From the NCBI RefSeq assembly GCF_006345805.1, contig NC_043002.1:26288001-26352000 (forward strand): a stretch of DNA of 64,000 nt. Direction: 5' to 3'. Source of the DNA: Octopus sinensis (Eukaryota). The notes under the pieces were generated by a model. That model was given only the letters and a program-made list of their open reading frames with translations, had not been told where the DNA came from and did no database searches. The position numbers and the translations under genes were made by a program. The number at the start of each line of letters is the position of its first letter. Within the stretch, counting starts at the first letter, position 1. Shown one piece after another: positions 11,771-24,087 of this stretch.

Positions 11771-12852
11771 TGTGTTATGAGAATTTATGGAAATGTATCC
11801 CCTAGAAATTTGTTAAAAAGGGAGAAGAGATGTTAAAATTGTAATACAAGCATACGATCGTTTCAAGCAGCGATATTAGCATGTAAATACAAGGTAGAAT
11901 AATTAAAATCAATATGATTAAATTAAATTAATTACATATCACTGTTCTCTTGGTTTTTACTACCTTGTCCTATCTTTATTATCTTCCCTACATTGTTAAT
12001 TATCAGTCTTACAATATCTATTATACCTCTGAACGTTTTTTAAAAATATTTTTAGCGACAGGAAGTATTAACTATCTTAATTCTGTAATATTGACAATTA
12101 ATTTTCCTATTTTTCCTTATTTTACCTTATATGTAATACCCACAATTGTATATGTTCTTACACTTACAAAGTTTCATTATATGTAGCTCTTGAAGTATTT
12201 CTACTTATTCTCGTTGCATTCTAGCAGTCTACTATATAACTACATTCACTAGTTTAATTTCATTCTCACAAAATGAAAGTTAAATACACACCATACCTAA
12301 TATTACTTATAACTGTCAAGTCATATCCTAATTCAAACATAATTATGTCTATCCATTGGACACCTCTATTAAGCTTTCGATGATAAATGACTTATTTGGA
12401 GTTTGAATTACTTATCTACTTACTCTTCTATAGAGGGGACTTCTCTGAAACATTTTCACTCATATTTTCAAATAACTGTTAGCTGCATCAGTTTTAGTTT
12501 ATGCACAACTAGACTCACATTCTTTAGTATGCTCTCAACTTTTCATAAGGATAAAATATGTATATCCGAATTTGTTATCTGCTATTTCTTCATCAAGTCA
12601 TATGTAATAATTATAATTTTTTGTTGTATATTTCTTGCACTGAGGAGAACAGTGATATGTAATTAATTTAATTTAATCAAGTTAATTTTAATTATTCTAC
12701 CATGTATTTACATGTTAATATCGCTGTTGGAAACGATACTATGCATGTATGTATTAAAATTATTTCAAATTGTAACATCTTCCCTTCTTTTTTAGCAAAT
12801 TTGTTGAGTTTCTATGTGATGTCTTTCCATAAATTCTCATAACACACCATAT
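11765..12852. repeat. Long inverted repeat (arms 11765-11949 and 12645-12852) around a ~700-bp spacer
   Basis: Exact 29-bp inverted match ATATGGTGTGTTATGAGAATTTATGGAAA, a near-identical ~80-bp inner block ending CACTGTTCTC, and a more diverged middle. Confidence 0.85.
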
Positions 12853-13036
12853 TCATGTAATATTTTCATATTCGCGAAAAAATCTTAGGCCAGTAAGCCA
12901 CCAGCAAAATATGATGAATATTTGTTACAAATTACTCCTTGGAACCCTCCAAATTAAAGGATGAAATACAATTCGCACACACACACAAGCACACACAACA
13001 TATTAAATTCAGATTGTGTGTGTGTTTGTGTGTGTG

Positions 13037-14073
13037 TAAACCCGCTTAACTTCTGAAGTTCATAACTGATTTTCTCCAAACTGGGAATATACATTACATA
13101 TGTTCCAGAGATAGTTTTAAACTCTTAAAAAATGTTCACATAATGAGTAAGGGATCCTCTGGGAGTAGAAACCCTTTCCTGGGTCACGTGAAGAATTGAG
13201 GTAACTCTTTGCGCAATAACTTTCAGAAATTGATTGTCTGCCTTACAACCAGCGCCATTAATCCTTTAAACGTTTTCAGTCCTTTTAAAATATTGCCATT
13301 AATTCATGTTTTCAGTCCTTTTAAAATATTGCCATTAATTCATGTTTTTATTAACATTAATTGTTAATATAAGTGTCATCTCAGTTCATTGTATATATTC
13401 CTTAATATTTGCTAAGATATTGATACTATTTACGTTTTTTATTGACATTCCCTTATTAACGTACAATTGTCATCTTATTTTATTAAATCATATTTCTTGA
13501 CATAACGTCTTCAAAGTGGAGATCCTCCACTAAAATACTTTACCAACAAGCAATTTCCTGCATGGACTTGAGTATCAAAGCATATTCTCCAATTACTTCC
13601 ACCAACCACGCGGTAAGCCATTATGACTTATTTTTTCAAGTAATTCATTACTACATGTTCCCATGTGATTACATAGGCTCAGTTTATGTTTCTTATTCTA
13701 TGGTAAATATTTCGTAAAAGACCCGTTCGTAACCTCGGTTTGAGATTTTTCCCCCCCACTAGGTTTCTTTTGGGAGCATTCAATGTATCTTACCTCCAAA
13801 GATTTGGCAGCTATTTCTAGCACGTGTTGCTACCATGCAACAGCTATTTGCGTTAAAGGACCCGAAATACCTGTTACGTGGTAGCAAGATATGCAAGAAA
13901 TAGCAGCCAAATCTTTCCTTTTCTAGGGAAAGAACTGCTTATGTGTGATTTCGACATCACATTCGTGGATAGTATGCGAAATAACCCAGAAAAGAAGAAA
14001 ACCAACGAAACAAAACTCCGTTCCTGGGAAATGTAGACTTTCCCTTTGACCCAACGGGTCACAGGTAGTCTAG
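13037..14073 (+). mobile_element. Non-autonomous Helitron-like element, copy 1 of a tandem pair
   Basis: 3' hairpin TGACCC-AAC-GGGTCA (14047-14061) followed by CAGGTAGT and the CTAG end. 5' (TG)n, non-coding, with an internal ~36-bp tandem duplication. Confidence 0.7.
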
Positions 14074-14144
14074 GATATATATATATCGGATATATAGGAT
14101 ATATAGTAGTCTAGGATATATATATATATATATGGTAGTCTAGG

Positions 14145-14185
<41 letters not shown>

Positions 14186-14186
<1 letters not shown>

Positions 14187-15201
14187 AAACCCGCTTAACT
14201 TCTGAAGTTCATAACTGATTTTCTCCAAACTGGGAATATACATTACATATGTTCCAGAGATAGTTTTAAACTCTTAAAAATGTTCACTGGGAGTAGAAAC
14301 CCTTTCCTGGGTCACGTGAAGAATTGAGGTAACTCTTTGCGCAATAACTTTCAGAAATTGATTGTCTGCCTTACAACCAGCGCCATTAATCCTTTAAACG
14401 TTTTCAGTCCTTTTAAAATATTGCCATTAATTCATGTTTTCAGTCCTTTTAAAATATTGCCATTAATTCATGTTTTTATTAACATTAATTGTTAATATAA
14501 GTGTCATCTCAGTTCATTGTATATATTCCTTAATATTTGCTAAGATATTGATACTATTTACGTTTTTTATTGACATTCCCTTATTAACGTACAATTGTCA
14601 TCTTATTTTATTAAATCATATTTCTTGACATAACGTCTCCAAAGTGGAGATCCTCCACTAAAATACTTTACCAACAAGCAATTTCCTGCATGGACTTGAG
14701 TATCAAAGCATATTCTCCAATTACTTCCACCAACCACGCGGTAAGCCATTATGACTTATTTTTTCAAGTAATTCATTACTACATGTTCCCATGTGATTAC
14801 ATAGGCTCAGTTTATGTTTCTTATTCTATGGTAAATATTTCGTAAAAGACCCGTTCGTAACCTCGGTTTGAGATTTTTCCCCCCCACTAGGTTTCTTTTG
14901 GGAGCATTCAATGTATCTTACCTCCAAAGATTTGGCAGCTATTTCTAGCACGTGTTGCTACCATGCAACAGCTATTTGCGTTAAAGGACCCGAAATACCT
15001 GTTACGTGGTAGCAAGATATGCAAGAAATAGCAGCCAAATCTTTCCTTTTCTAGGGAAAGAACTGCTTATGTGTGATTTCGACATCACATTCGTGGATAG
15101 TATGCGAAATAACCCAGAAAAGAAGAAAACCAACGAAACAAAACTCCGTTCCTGGGAAATGTAGACTTTCCCTTTGACCCAACGGGTCACAGGTAGTCTA
15201 G
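14186..15201 (+). mobile_element. Non-autonomous Helitron-like element, copy 2 of a tandem pair
   Basis: Nearly identical to copy 1 (offset 1128 bp in the 3' part). It differs by a 20-nt deletion, a 1-nt A-run difference and one visible substitution. Confidence 0.7.
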
Positions 15202-15309
15202 GATATATATATATCGGATATATAGGATATATAGTAGTCTAGGATATATATATATATATATATGGTAGTCTAGGATATATATATATATATATATATATAT
15301 GGTAGTCTA

Positions 15310-15433
<124 letters not shown>

Positions 15434-15450
15434 ATGTATGTTTGTATGTA

Positions 15451-15680
15451 TTTGTGTGTCTGTGTGTTTATCCCCGCACCATCGCTTGACAATTGTTGTT
15501 GGTGTGTTCACACCCCCGTAACATAGCAGATCGGCAAAAGAGACTAGAAGAATAAGTAAGTACTACGCTTACAAAGAATAAGTCCTGGAGTCAATTAGTT
15601 CGACTAAAATCCTTCAAGGCGGTGCCACAACATGACCGCAGTGAAGTGACTGCAACAAGTAAAAGTTAAAAGATAAAAGA
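15451..15680 (+). mobile_element. SINE family A, 3' half only
   Basis: Starts at the internal microsatellite and ends GTGACTGCAACAAGTAAAAG. Confidence 0.8.
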
Positions 15681-15714
15681 TACACACACACACACGCACA
15701 CACACACACACACA

Positions 15715-15769
<55 letters not shown>

Positions 15770-16710
15770 TACACAAACTCATATGCACACACGCGCGCAC
15801 ATATATACGAAACACATCATAAATCAGGAAACTAACATAAATTATAAAAAAACCTCGCTGTTGATGAAAATAATTTTGCTTTGCCAATTGACGAGGGAAA
15901 AGAAGAAAGGACGTAGTCTTCTGAAAGTGAGTTTCAGGCTTTGTTGAACGATCGTCAGTTAAGGTGAAGGTGGGTTTCCGAAGCAATAGCCCAGACCATT
16001 AAGCTGCTATCTAAGACAATTGCAATTTGGCTTACTGCCGTTCTGAAAAGAGTGTTTTGCATATTTGCACTTTTAACGGCTTTTAATTAGACAATATTCA
16101 TTTATGAATAAAACAGAATGAATAAGAATAGAACGAAATATTATTTTTATTTTTACACCGTCTCACAAAGGATAAAATATAAATGTAAATATATTCCTTT
16201 CCTGCTATTCATATGCGAAAAGTAGAGACGTCAGAGAGACCCCTGACACATCGTTACTTAGCATCATCCCCTAATCAAGATTACAAAGCATTCTGCCATT
16301 ATATAAAAGAAGCATTAATTAGAACAGCATCGCGATTCTTTGTATTATTGAAATTTGTCCCAGAGCTTCTCACACATAGACACATATATGCACAGGTATG
16401 CAAACACACTTCAATATACACACAGTTAAGTATACATGCATATATTGTAACATATATATGCAATTGTATATATTTATGTGTGTGTGGTTTCACAACGATT
16501 CTACACAATTTTCGAACACAGTTGATTTAATCACTTCGCTTGAAGTTTACACGTTTGAAAGAAACCGATAAGATTACATTTATTGGTTATTAACTGTCAA
16601 TAGCATCTCATAAACTAAAGTTTAGATAGCGGTATTAACAGCTAATGACATAAAATTAGCTGATAGAGTTTGGTGGCCTTAAAATGGCATTACCGTTCAC
16701 TCGTTAAACT

Positions 16711-17043
16711 AGATATAGTCGTTGTAATTAGTTTCATTCTCTCTCAAGAAGGCACTTTATTGAAAAGATACAGAGAGGAATTAAGATGAATTGGATGATT
16801 CTTTTCCGAAGGTACGAGTACCGGTATAACTGCATATTCATTTGCCTTCAAAATTATCTGAGATATACGTTCGTGTTCGAAAGCAAATGAATATGCAGTT
16901 ATACCGGTACTCATACCTTCGGAAAAGCATCATCCAATTCATCTTAATTCCTCTCTGTATCTTTTCAATAAAGTGCCTTCTTGAGAGAATGAAACTAATT
17001 ACAACAACTATATCTCGAACATATATCTCAGATAATTTTGAAG
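16711..17043. repeat. Near-perfect inverted repeat with an extra inverted copy of its spacer (A-S-A'-S')
   Basis: Arms 16711-16849 and 16879-17015 differ by 4 mismatches plus a 2-nt indel. Segment 16846-16873 recurs inverted at 17016-17043 with 1 mismatch. Confidence 0.95.
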
Positions 17044-17174
17044 TGCATTTTGTTCGACGTATAACTAAAAGATCTACACCCTACCAACAAGCTACTAATT
17101 TGTTAAAACTATTATTATATGAAACATTTTAGACAATATCTGAACATAGAATTTCTGGAAGAATTTGTTGTGTG

Positions 17175-17250
17175 AGCGGTTTAACTTAATGGTTCAGAGT
17201 ACCTCGACGTGTAATCACGGAGGTATGAGTTCGACTCACATAGCCGGCCC
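17175..17250 (+). tRNA. tRNA-like sequence (Thr-like, probable pseudogene or SINE head), tandem copy 1
   Basis: A-box TAACTTAATGG, B-box GAGTTCGACTC, loop containing TGT, followed by CCTTTT. Stems are imperfect. Confidence 0.5.
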
Positions 17251-17487
17251 CAAACACCTTTTACTGCAAAATTAAGGGTAGCTTATCCTGTTCAGGCTAT
17301 ATTATTAGCATTATCCTGCATTTGAGAATTTAAAATCACTTCTTTAACTTTCTAAGACATCTCAAAGCTTCGAAAGTAAACTTCATTTGTTTGTTTACGT
17401 TCATCGTAATTTGAATTTAACGTACGATAGCGTCTCATAAAGCGAGATTTCTATACATCTTACATTTGCGGAAGAATTTGTGGTGTG

Positions 17488-17564
17488 AGCGGTTTAGCTT
17501 AATGGTTCAGAGCACCGCGACGCGTAAACGCGGAGGTGTGAGTTCGAGTCTCATAGCCGACCCC
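17488..17564 (+). tRNA. tRNA-like sequence (Thr-like, probable pseudogene or SINE head), tandem copy 2
   Basis: D stem GCTT/GAGC, anticodon stem CCGCG/CGCGG with a 9-nt loop containing CGT, T arm GTGAG-TTCGAGT-CTCAT, only 5 acceptor pairs, and a T7 terminator downstream. Confidence 0.55.
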
Positions 17565-17849
17565 CAACACCTTTTTTTGCAAAATTAGGGGTAGCTTATC
17601 TTGTTCAGTCTATATTATTAGTATTATCCTGGTTTGAGAATTTAAAATCACTTCTTTAACTTTCTAAGACATCTCAAAGCTTCGAAAGCAAACTTCGTTT
17701 GTTTGTTTACGTTCATCGTAATTTGAATTTTATATATATGTAGTAGTACGATTTTTGGCTGCTTTTGATTCATTTTCCCGTTGATTTAGGAAATTTCTCT
17801 TGGTTATTGTAGGAGCACCAAGGAACATGTCTTCCACAATCGAAATCGG

Positions 17850-17909
<60 letters not shown>

Positions 17910-18290
17910 TATAGTCGACTGCTAGGACTCCTATGCACAACTGTTTCGAAACCTCTAACTTCTATATCCAGGTAATAAATTTACAATAATACCAATAATC
18001 AATGCTTTAGTAAGTAAATGCCTAATTGAAAATCTGAATAAGCTAGAATTTTCAGAGAAAGAAACCAAGCCACTGACTCGCACATTACAGATGCAACCTG
18101 TAAGTAGAATACTAAAATATTACAAGACTTATGTCAAGTTTAAAATCTTACATTCTTATTTTTATCTATATTCCAGCGACAAAGCTTCTTTTTAACTATG
18201 ATAGAAGCCAGCCCTTTCTTCTGGGGATGAATTTAAATAATTAAAGACTCCAAAGAACGTACATATATACATAAATACATGTTGGGCAGT

Positions 18291-18401
18291 CACTCATAAG
18301 AATTTAGTCGACTCCAGGCTACAATAGATGACAATTTCCCGAAGATGCGACTGAACCCAGAACCATGTGGTTAAGGAGCAATCTTCTTACCACATAGCCA
18401 C
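18291..18401 (-). mobile_element. SINE family A, 5' head fragment
   Basis: GACTGAACCCAGAACCATGTGGTT...TTACCACATAGCCAC is the reverse complement of the family A head. Confidence 0.75.
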
Positions 18402-19646
18402 ATACATACATACATACATACATACATACATACATACATACATACATACATACATACATACATACATGCATACATACACACGTACGTATGTATACATGCA
18501 TACATGCATGCCTGTAGGTATGCATGTATATATGTATATGTTTGTGTCATTGCATCCCCAAGGGATTAGGTATAAAGTATAAACATAAAATATTTTACAA
18601 TATTCATTCTATGCGAATTAAGTCTATTTATACCAAAAAATCTAACCGTTTCAGAATTAGATATCGATGAAATAGAGAAAGCATTAACATTGATCTTAAC
18701 ACAAAGTATTTTGAAGGTGTTGCCCAAGTATGATTGCAATCTCAAAACTAAATAAAAAGCCTAGAAGAGTGTAGCATTTATATTAATGCGTTATTCTCCT
18801 TTCTGTATACACGTAACATTACAACGCAACTGTAGAGCCTCAGAAACCGCCAGCTAAATATAATATTGAAAACCTTTCCATTGATACCTTGCAAGAAAAC
18901 TTTTATGGTTTCATTTCCATTACAATTGCTGCTATTTAAAAATATAAAATTTCATTCTTGAAAGCTACCGCATATACATTCACGTCAGATTTCATTTATG
19001 TAATGAATATCTGAAAATGAAAACAATAATCATAATTAAAAATATATATCGGCGTTTCATTTAGAAATACATATTCAATTTCATCTATCAATTAAAAATA
19101 GATGTTTTGAAATACGCAATGATGTTCTTTGGGATTTTATACAGCCGTACATCACAAGTGAATGTCTCATTTCATCTCATTTTGAACTAACATTTAATTT
19201 AATACTTATTCACAATAAATAATTTATTAAATCTTTCTTGTTTCTCCTCACGTCAATTCTTATGAGGCCATGTAGGGAAGCTTTATGATTGTAAGCATTA
19301 CTTTGCTGAATATGCTTTGTTATTTTCAGATCCAGGCAAGTCTGGTTAGGTAATGGAGAAGATTATTTTGCAACAACGTGGCTTTCGTTCGATTGCTGTT
19401 CCTATTTTTGTATCATAGACTTAAGCTGTAGTCACTATCACCTGGCACTCGTATACTCTAGCTTTGTAAATCACAGGGTTTCAAGAATCCGGGATCGTTT
19501 CCTGTCCTGAAGATAACATCATTATTTAGTTAATTCAGTCTATGAGTCTCTTACAAAGATCATAGATGTTCCCCTCCTCAGTTGACTACGAGAAATGTTT
19601 TTAAAAAGGGGTATAGCGTAGTCCTTATTATGTATTTTAAAATAAT

Positions 19647-19852
19647 GGTGAGCATGTAAAATCGTTAGCACTCCGGACAAAATGCTTAGCGATATTTTGG
19701 TCGTGTTTACGTTCTGCAGGGAAATTCCACCGAGGTCGACTTTACTACTTATCACTTAGTGGTTGATGAAATAACTACCAGACAAGTGTTGAACTCAATG
19801 TACGGCCCGTCCCCTCTCTGAACATTTCAGACCTTTTCTTATACTAGAAATA
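19647..19852 (+). mobile_element. SINE family B
   Basis: AATCGTTAGCACTCCGGACAAAATGCTTAGCG...CCGAGGTCGACTTT head and core. Confidence 0.75.
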
Positions 19853-20088
19853 GTTATTATGTATTTAAAAGCCGATATACTCATGTAGCAGAAATTTGGT
19901 GGGAAAATTCCATTCTGATTTTATCCAGAATATATGGACTAAAGAGTGGCTATAAAAAAAAAATCATTTGCTCAAGTTACGTACTGCAAGATCAAACCTT
20001 GGCCTCATGGGTGTGAAACGAAACGAACATCGAAATCATACGACAGTACATAAGAACACACCCGTGCGAACATATGCACATACACACA

Positions 20089-20143
<55 letters not shown>

Positions 20144-21596
20144 GGGATACTTAGAAGAACAACTCTACCAAGAGGTGGAGGTAAACTATGGCACTGGGTT
20201 TAGAAAGTATATTGAAAAGGCATGGAAGAGATACCTAGACGACTGTTTCATAATCTGGACAGAATCTCTAAATACTCTGGAAGAGTTCAATATCCTCCTG
20301 AACAACCTACACCCATCTCTCCAATTTACAAAGGAGATGAGTAGTACCAAATTACCATTCCTGGATATAATGGTAATTAAAAAAGACACCACCATCACCA
20401 CAGATATATACTATAAACACACAGACACACATCAATACCTAAATTTTAAGTCGTGCCATCCACCACATACAAAACGTAACATCCCATACTGCCTAGCCAG
20501 AAGAATTTGTACTATTGTAGAAGATGCAAATATCAGGAACAAACGCCTAATAGAACTAAGAGATTTTTGCTCAAACAAAAATACCCATCTCTACTTATAG
20601 AAAATGGCATACAGCGGGCTATAAAAATACCTATACAACAACTTAGGACAACCCAAGGAAGAGGAAAACAAGAACAAGTCATACCATTCATAGTGACACA
20701 CAACCCATGTCACCAGAATATCTTCAACATTGCCAAAGCAAACCTACCAATCATTGCCCAAAGTAATGAATTAAAAGACATAATCACGGATCGAGCTATG
20801 GTGCTTAGTAAAAGACAGCCTAAAAACTTGAAAACATTACTAACAAAGGCAAAATTTGACCTCAGCAACAAAGACCAAACATTCACGGTATCTAAATGCA
20901 ATGATAGCCGATGTGGCACATGCCAATTCATACATACCGGTCAATATAAAACACAAAAACCGGGAAAATATTCACAAACGCGAATATGAACTGCAAAAGC
21001 AGAATTTAATTTACTGCATCAAATGCCCAAATTGTGAAGAAATATATGTAGGTCAGACGGGAAACGCACTATTAGAACGCTCACGTGTACACCGGCAACA
21101 GATTAGAGACCCAGAGGTCCGTCAGATACCTTGAGTAACCACCTAGCAACATGTGGTCGGAAAATATATATAATATTTCCATTCTACAAATTACACAGCC
21201 CAAGTGAAATCGAGAGGAAAATCAGAGAAAAGAATTTTATTGATAAATTCGAACCCAAGCTAAATAAGCAATAATAATAATAATAATACTTAGAGGTATT
21301 ACTTCCACTGCTACGACCATGACCACTAACAACAACAACAATACTAAAGGTGATCAAGACGAAGATAGCAGGAAAATTATCTTATTTAGGGTTAAAAGTT
21401 CTATTGCCATAACCATCACCACTAGCAACAATAATTAAGGTGCTGACATGATGATGATGACAATTGAAATATAAAAATATAAAAATCTCTGACAAAGGAT
21501 ATTTACAACATTTCTAAAAATAACCCAACAATTGCTGCTTCGGCCAGGGTCAAGATACAGGACTCTTGACATGTCCAACAAAGCGTGACGCCTAAA

Positions 21597-21710
21597 CCAA
21601 TCAGCTCAACCAACCAATCAGCTTAAGTAATTGAGTGATACTACACACTGATTGGTCAGAATACTGTTTGCAAAACCTAGCACTCTGGAGCCTACCCAGC
21701 TGTATTTATA
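21597..21710 (+). promoter_or_regulatory. CCAAT/TATA-like cluster in the PLE 3' (pLTR-like) region
   Basis: AACCAATCAGC twice (CCAAT at 21597 and 21614), reverse ATTGG at 21651, and TATTTATA at 21703-21710. Confidence 0.45.
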
Positions 21711-21773
21711 GCACAGAATCAATCATCTTGCTACAGTCAAAAATTGTGAAGCATGACTGTCAACACTACTACA

Positions 21774-21818
21774 TGAACCCGAAGATTGCAGAATTCAATG
21801 CATGAAAGTACTAGTTCA
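21774..21818 (+). ncRNA. Minimal type I hammerhead ribozyme, PLE-associated
   Basis: TGAAC-CCGAAGA-T TGCA(gaattcaa)TGCA T-GAAA-GTAC-TA-GTTCA. 5-bp stem I, 4-bp stem II, palindromic stem III, CUA triplet; U4 is replaced by C. Confidence 0.8.
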
Positions 21819-22091
21819 ATCAGAATGAATATTTAACATTCTACTATTTCATTTTATTTTATTCAATTATAATATATTATCTTATAATATATCATTATAA
21901 GATTGTAAATAAAACGTGAAAATCAGACAAGGTTGGAATTCTTTTTATTAATATATATATATATATACACATACACACCCACACCCATTCACACACACAT
22001 GCACACTCACACACACACACACACACACAAACTCTCTCTCACACACACACTTGCATTTTCTAATAATACTTCTTATTGTGCGTATATATAT

Positions 22092-22124
<33 letters not shown>

Positions 22125-22182
22125 GCATACATATATATATCTTTACATATACATACACATTTATATTGTAATATCGTAATGT

Positions 22183-22505
22183 GCAGGAACGTGGCTTATG
22201 TGGTCAGGCTATTCGGCCTACGATCGTAAGGTCGTGAGTTCAATTCCCGACGATGCATTGTGTCCTTGAGCAAGACTCTTTATTTCACTCTGCTCTAGTC
22301 CACTCAGCTGGCAAAAATTAGTATTAATTGTATTTCAAAGGGTCAGCCTTGTCACACTATATGCCACGCTGAATCTCCCAGAGAGCTATGTGAATGGTAC
22401 ACGTGTTTGTGGAGTGCTCAGCAACTTGCACATTAATTTCACGAGCAGGCTGTTCCGTTGATCGGGTCAAATGGAACGCTCATCGTCGTAATCAACGGAG
22501 TGCCC
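22183..22505 (+). mobile_element. tRNA-derived SINE family C
   Basis: A-box TGGCTTATGTGG, B-box GAGTTCAATTCC, central TGTGTCCTTGAGCAAGAC domain, and 3' tail shared with 24088-24266. Confidence 0.85.
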
Positions 22506-22564
22506 ATATCGTAAAATATACACGTATATACAAATATATATGTATGATATAAATATATATATGT

Positions 22565-22903
22565 AGGCGCAGGAGTGGCTGTGTGGTAAGTAGCTTGCTT
22601 ACCAACCACATGTTTCCGGGTTCAGTCCCAATGCGTGGCACTTTGGGCATTTGTCTTCTACTATAGCCTCGGGCCGACCAAAGCCTTGTGAGTGGATTTG
22701 GAAGACGGAAACTGAAAGAAGCCCGTCGTATATATGTATATATATGTATATGTACGTATATATATGCTTGACAAACGTAACTTAGCGGTAGTATAAGAAC
22801 TAGGCTTACAAAGAATAAGTCCTGTGGTCGATTTTCTTGACTAAAGGTGGTGCTCCAGCATGGCCGTTGTCAAATGACTGAAACAAGTAAAACAGTAAAA
22901 GAG
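22565..22903 (+). mobile_element. SINE family A, with an internal deletion
   Basis: GGCGCAGGAGTGGCTGTGTGGTAAG head, GGTTCAGTCCC B-box, and ...CAAATGACTGAAACAAGTAAAA tail. Confidence 0.92.
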
Positions 22904-22998
22904 ATATGAACATGTGTGTGCGTGTCTACAAAACTACTGCACAAAATACAGTAGCCTATAAAGTCCACCAAACTCCTGAATGCTGTGCTCCTGAACAA

Positions 22999-23268
22999 TT
23001 ATAATATAAAGACTGAAACCATATAAAGACTGAGTATTAGCGCGCGTCTACGATTTTAAAAATAATTTACCATCATTTTTTTTTTCCATTTTAATGCATT
23101 TTTTCGCTATTATGTAAGGGAAGTAACTCTCTAAAAATGTCTACGATGAGTCAACGATATTAAAAAAAAATTACCATCATTTTTTTTCCATTTTGGCTAT
23201 AACTCTCTAAAAATGCTTATATAGTTATTTCCCTTACAAACCCGATCAACGCCGGGCGATACTGCTAG
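22999..23268 (+). mobile_element. Non-autonomous Helitron-like element
   Basis: 3' CCCG-ATCAACGC-CGGG hairpin, then CGATACTG-CTAG|T. The 5' end is uncertain. Confidence 0.65.
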
Positions 23269-23589
23269 TATAGAATAAAATAATTCAGCAGAATTCAATA
23301 TGTAATTAAGAGTATTTGGATAATTATAACTGGCTAGAATTTCAATTACTTGAAACCTTAATATCAATAAAAATATTGGAAATTACAATGAAAATTTCTC
23401 GATATTTTTGAATGTTTGATCAATTGATTAATTAATTAATTCAAACCGATGAGGGACATATTTTCTGCTATTGTTTTACGTTTATTTTATTGTTCCTGAA
23501 ATTAACATCGGTTTTTCTGAATACTTTTGCAATTATCCCGTATCATTGTTTGTGTGCGTGTGTGTGTATAAGAACGCACACACACACAC

Positions 23590-23663
<74 letters not shown>

Positions 23664-23940
23664 GCACACATGGACACACAGATAAACACACATATATGCA
23701 TACATATAGATATATGTATAAAAGACATAATATATAGATAGATAGAGATAGAGAGAGAGAGAGAGAGAGAGGGAGAGAAAAAGAATAGATTAGACACATA
23801 TTTAACTATGTTCCTCCTGCTTCTACCTTTTTTGTTTCTTGGTTGCCCTTCCTTCTTATTCTCCTAGATATACATGTGCGTGTGTGTGGGCGTATGCGTA
23901 TGCATATATACGTAAGTATATATGTACTTACGTATGTATG

Positions 23941-23974
<34 letters not shown>

Positions 23975-24087
23975 TATTTATTTAAATTTATATGTCTATG
24001 TACATATATATACATTCACATATACATATACATGCGCGTGCATACACACGTACACATACATGTCAGTATCTATGTGGATGGATGGAA

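Larger units (their letters stand above)
20142..21953 (+). mobile_element. Penelope-like element (Neptune-type), 5'-truncated: RT C-terminus, Cys linker, GIY-YIG and 3' pLTR-like region
   Basis: WKRYLDDCFIIW...LPFLDI...DIYYKHTDTHQYLNFKSCHP; linker KCNDSRCGTC; LIYCIKCPNCEEIYVGQTG. About 3 single-base frameshifts, stop near 21274. Flanked by (CA)(TA)n and (TA)n. Confidence 0.92.

Noticed and set aside
17175-17564. Functional tRNA-Thr genes
   Set aside because: Non-canonical anticodon loop, no U33 and a short acceptor stem; kept only as tRNA-like.
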